Below the pieces are notes generated by a model. The model had not been told where the DNA came from. It searched no databases and saw nothing but the letters and a program-made list of their open reading frames with translations. The translations under genes were made by a program, and so were the position numbers. Of a DNA stretch of 27,852 nucleotides, positions 25,746 through 27,852 are shown piece after piece (the first letter of the stretch is position 1; every line of letters begins with the position of its first letter). The stretch is from a virus (taxonomy: Duplodnaviria; Caudoviricetes): IMG/VR virus record IMGVR_UViG_3300037462_000322, positions 1 to 27,852 of that record; one strand, written 5' to 3'.

Positions 25746-27796
25746 CAGTCCCTCATGAAGTTCGGGGTGTAGGCCCGCCGTTTCCGGCGTGGCGTGGTCA
25801 GTGTTCCGGCCTTGGGCTGGGCCGGGTCAGTTGGTGCGCTTTCCGTTGCGGCGACCGTGGGCATGCGTGTTTCCACGCCCGCCTGCGCCTCGAGCCGCCG
25901 CCATGTGGCCTCGTCCCAGCGGTCGGCACCAAGGATCCACGCTGCGGCACGGGCGTAGACCCGACAGTCCAGCGCCTCGTTCCGTTCGCGCATCTTCTGC
26001 CATTCCTGGCGCGCATAGCCGCGCTTGTTCCGGATCGTGACCAGCTGTTCTGCCACCAGCTGCTTCAGCCATTCGGTATCGGCCCAGCCTGGGATGTGCA
26101 CGGTCCCCGACGCATCGAGAACGCCCAGCGCGCGATCCTCGTCACTTGGCCGTTCGATCCGAAGGAACCGATAGGTCTCCGCCTTGAACGTCGCCGTTGC
26201 CACCGACCAGAGCCGCGCGCCGCGGCGCAGGCGTTTGCCGCCAGTTGTGGCGTCGACATAGGTCGGGCCAGACACGGGGGCCGACCGGTTGAACCCTTCG
26301 AGACCCTTCACGGGCGCCACCTGTTCGAAGCCAACCTTGCGCGACCAGGCATAGACCGCCGCGGCCTCATACCCGGTGTCGATGCCAAGCCGCGCCACCG
26401 TCATGAAGGCGCCGTTGGCATGCTGCCACGACCGGCCGAGGAGGGCCGTCAGTTTGTCCCAGGCGGCTGCATCGTCAGGCCCGCCCGGAATGACGATGTG
26501 ATCGACGAGCCAGCTTTCCATGCCCCGGCCCCAGGCCCAGACGTCGATCTCGATCCGGTCCTTCTGCACGTCGGCCCCCGCGGTCAGGAACAGCCCCGCC
26601 ATAGGCACGGTGCCCGGCTTCCACGCCTCTCGCCGATCTGCCAGACGCTGCCATTCCGGCGCGTCGCCGCTTTCGACCCATGTCTCGCCCAGCAGCGTGT
26701 TGCGCGCGGCGCGCAGCGTCTCGTCCGACCCTTGAGCCGCCAGCCATTCCCGCGCGACGTCGGACCAGCTTTTCCAGCCCAAGGGCGAATAGAGCGCCGA
26801 GAGATGGAAGCCGATGGCCTTCGGATCCTTGGAAACCGCTGTCGCCCGCCATTCGCCTTTGGCCAACATGTCGGTCTTGTGGTGCTCGGCGATGGGGCGT
26901 TCGCAGCCCTCGCAGTGATAGGCGGCGGTTTCGGGCTTTCCTTTCGCCCAGCGCAGGCGGTCGAACTGCAGCCATTGCATCGTCCCGCAATGCGGGCAGG
27001 GCACGAAGTAACGCCGCTGGTCAGACGCCTCGAATTCCCGCTCGATCCGGCTCAGCCCCCGAATCGTGGGCGTCGAGACCATGAACACCTTTCGCCGGTG
27101 CGAGAAGGTGGTGGTCCGGGCCTCGGCCAGCGTGACCGGATCGCCTTCCTCGTCGGCCGAGGCCGGATAGGCGTCGACCTCGTCGAGAAACACATAGCGC
27201 GCGGGCATCGACCGCAGGCCGGTGGCGGAATTCGCCCCGGTCAGCACCAGGATGCCGCCGGGAAATTCCTTCGACAGCATCGAATTGCCCGCATCCCGCG
27301 ACCGGGCCGGGTTGACCCGTTCGCGCAGCGCCGGGCTGTCCGCGATCAGCGGGTCCAAACGCCCCCGCGAGGTGCGCTTCGCCAATTCCAGGCTCGGCAG
27401 CACCGCCAGCATCGGCCCCGGGGCATGGTGGATCACAAAGCCGATCCAGTTGTTCCCGGCCTCGGTCGCGCCAACCTGCGCCGCCTTCATGAAGGTGATG
27501 CGCTGGGCGGGATGGCCGGGCGAGAGCGCATCCATGATCTCGCGCAGGTAAGGGGCCCGGGCGGTCCGATACCGCCCCGGCTCGGCCGCGCCGCGCGAGG
27601 ACAGCCAGCGATGCTGATCCGCCCATTCCGAGACCGTCAGGTTCGGATCGGGCCGCATCCCCTGCCGCCAGACCCTCAGCAGGTCCTCGGCGCCGTCGAA
27701 GCCGAGGTCGAGACCTGCGGTCAGATCGTTGTCGTCATCCTCATCATGCAAGCGAGACCCGGAGGTCGGCGAGGGCGTCGAGCTGTTCGCGGACAT
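25745..27796 (-). CDS. Terminase large subunit (lambda gpA family); true start may be TTG at 27751
   Basis: MKAAQVGATE, VFLDEVDAY, VSTPT, CPHC...CEGC, GADVQKDR, RNEALDC. Confidence 0.95.
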   Translation of the reverse strand: MSANSSTPSPTSGSRLHDEDDDNDLTAGLDLGFDGAEDLLRVWRQGMRPDPNLTVSEWADQHRWLSSRGAAEPGRYRTARAPYLREIMDALSPGHPAQRITFMKAAQVGATEAGNNWIGFVIHHAPGPMLAVLPSLELAKRTSRGRLDPLIADSPALRERVNPARSRDAGNSMLSKEFPGGILVLTGANSATGLRSMPARYVFLDEVDAYPASADEEGDPVTLAEARTTTFSHRRKVFMVSTPTIRGLSRIEREFEASDQRRYFVPCPHCGTMQWLQFDRLRWAKGKPETAAYHCEGCERPIAEHHKTDMLAKGEWRATAVSKDPKAIGFHLSALYSPLGWKSWSDVAREWLAAQGSDETLRAARNTLLGETWVESGDAPEWQRLADRREAWKPGTVPMAGLFLTAGADVQKDRIEIDVWAWGRGMESWLVDHIVIPGGPDDAAAWDKLTALLGRSWQHANGAFMTVARLGIDTGYEAAAVYAWSRKVGFEQVAPVKGLEGFNRSAPVSGPTYVDATTGGKRLRRGARLWSVATATFKAETYRFLRIERPSDEDRALGVLDASGTVHIPGWADTEWLKQLVAEQLVTIRNKRGYARQEWQKMRERNEALDCRVYARAAAWILGADRWDEATWRRLEAQAGVETRMPTVAATESAPTDPAQPKAGTLTTPRRKRRAYTPNFMRD

Positions 27797-27852
27797 GGGC
27801 TTCCAGCACCCTCTGCATGATCGCGGTCTCGATCGTCACCGATGCCCCGGAT
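27744..27852 (-). CDS. Terminase small subunit, C-terminal fragment (truncated by the window)
   Basis: Frame ...IETAIMQRVLEAHVREQLDALADLRVSLA* ends over the TerL start. Confidence 0.7.
   Translation of the reverse strand, partial: SGASVTIETAIMQRVLEAHVREQLDALADLRVSLA

Larger units (their letters stand above)
52..27852 (-). mobile_element. Prophage (siphovirus-type; lambda-like head module plus RcGTA-like baseplate), continues beyond the right edge
   Basis: Contiguous co-oriented packaging-head-tail-baseplate-lysis genes, many with overlapping stop/start codons; bounded on the left by a tRNA 3' fragment. Confidence 0.93.

Overview
High-GC alphaproteobacterial (Rhodobacteraceae-like) prophage, read mostly on the minus strand. 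From the right edge it runs: small terminase C-terminus, lambda gpA-like TerL, gpW-like adaptor, lambda-type portal, S49 protease/scaffold, decoration protein, gpE-type capsid, head-tail and tail-completion genes, tail tube, a -1 frameshifting tail chaperone, an 820-aa tape measure, an RcGTA-type baseplate (DUF2460, DUF2163, NlpC/P60, megatron), a DUF2793 tail fibre and a lysis cassette. The left end carries a 3' fragment of tRNA-fMet flanked by IHF-like sites and arm-type repeats (an attP-like junction). Three plus-strand cargo units interrupt or cap the late operon: an McrBC type IV restriction system whose McrB has about five extra putative DNA-sensing domains, an orphan chimeric HigA antitoxin, and a low-GC membrane-anchored protein of unknown function. 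Family names come from motif recognition by eye, not from database searches.
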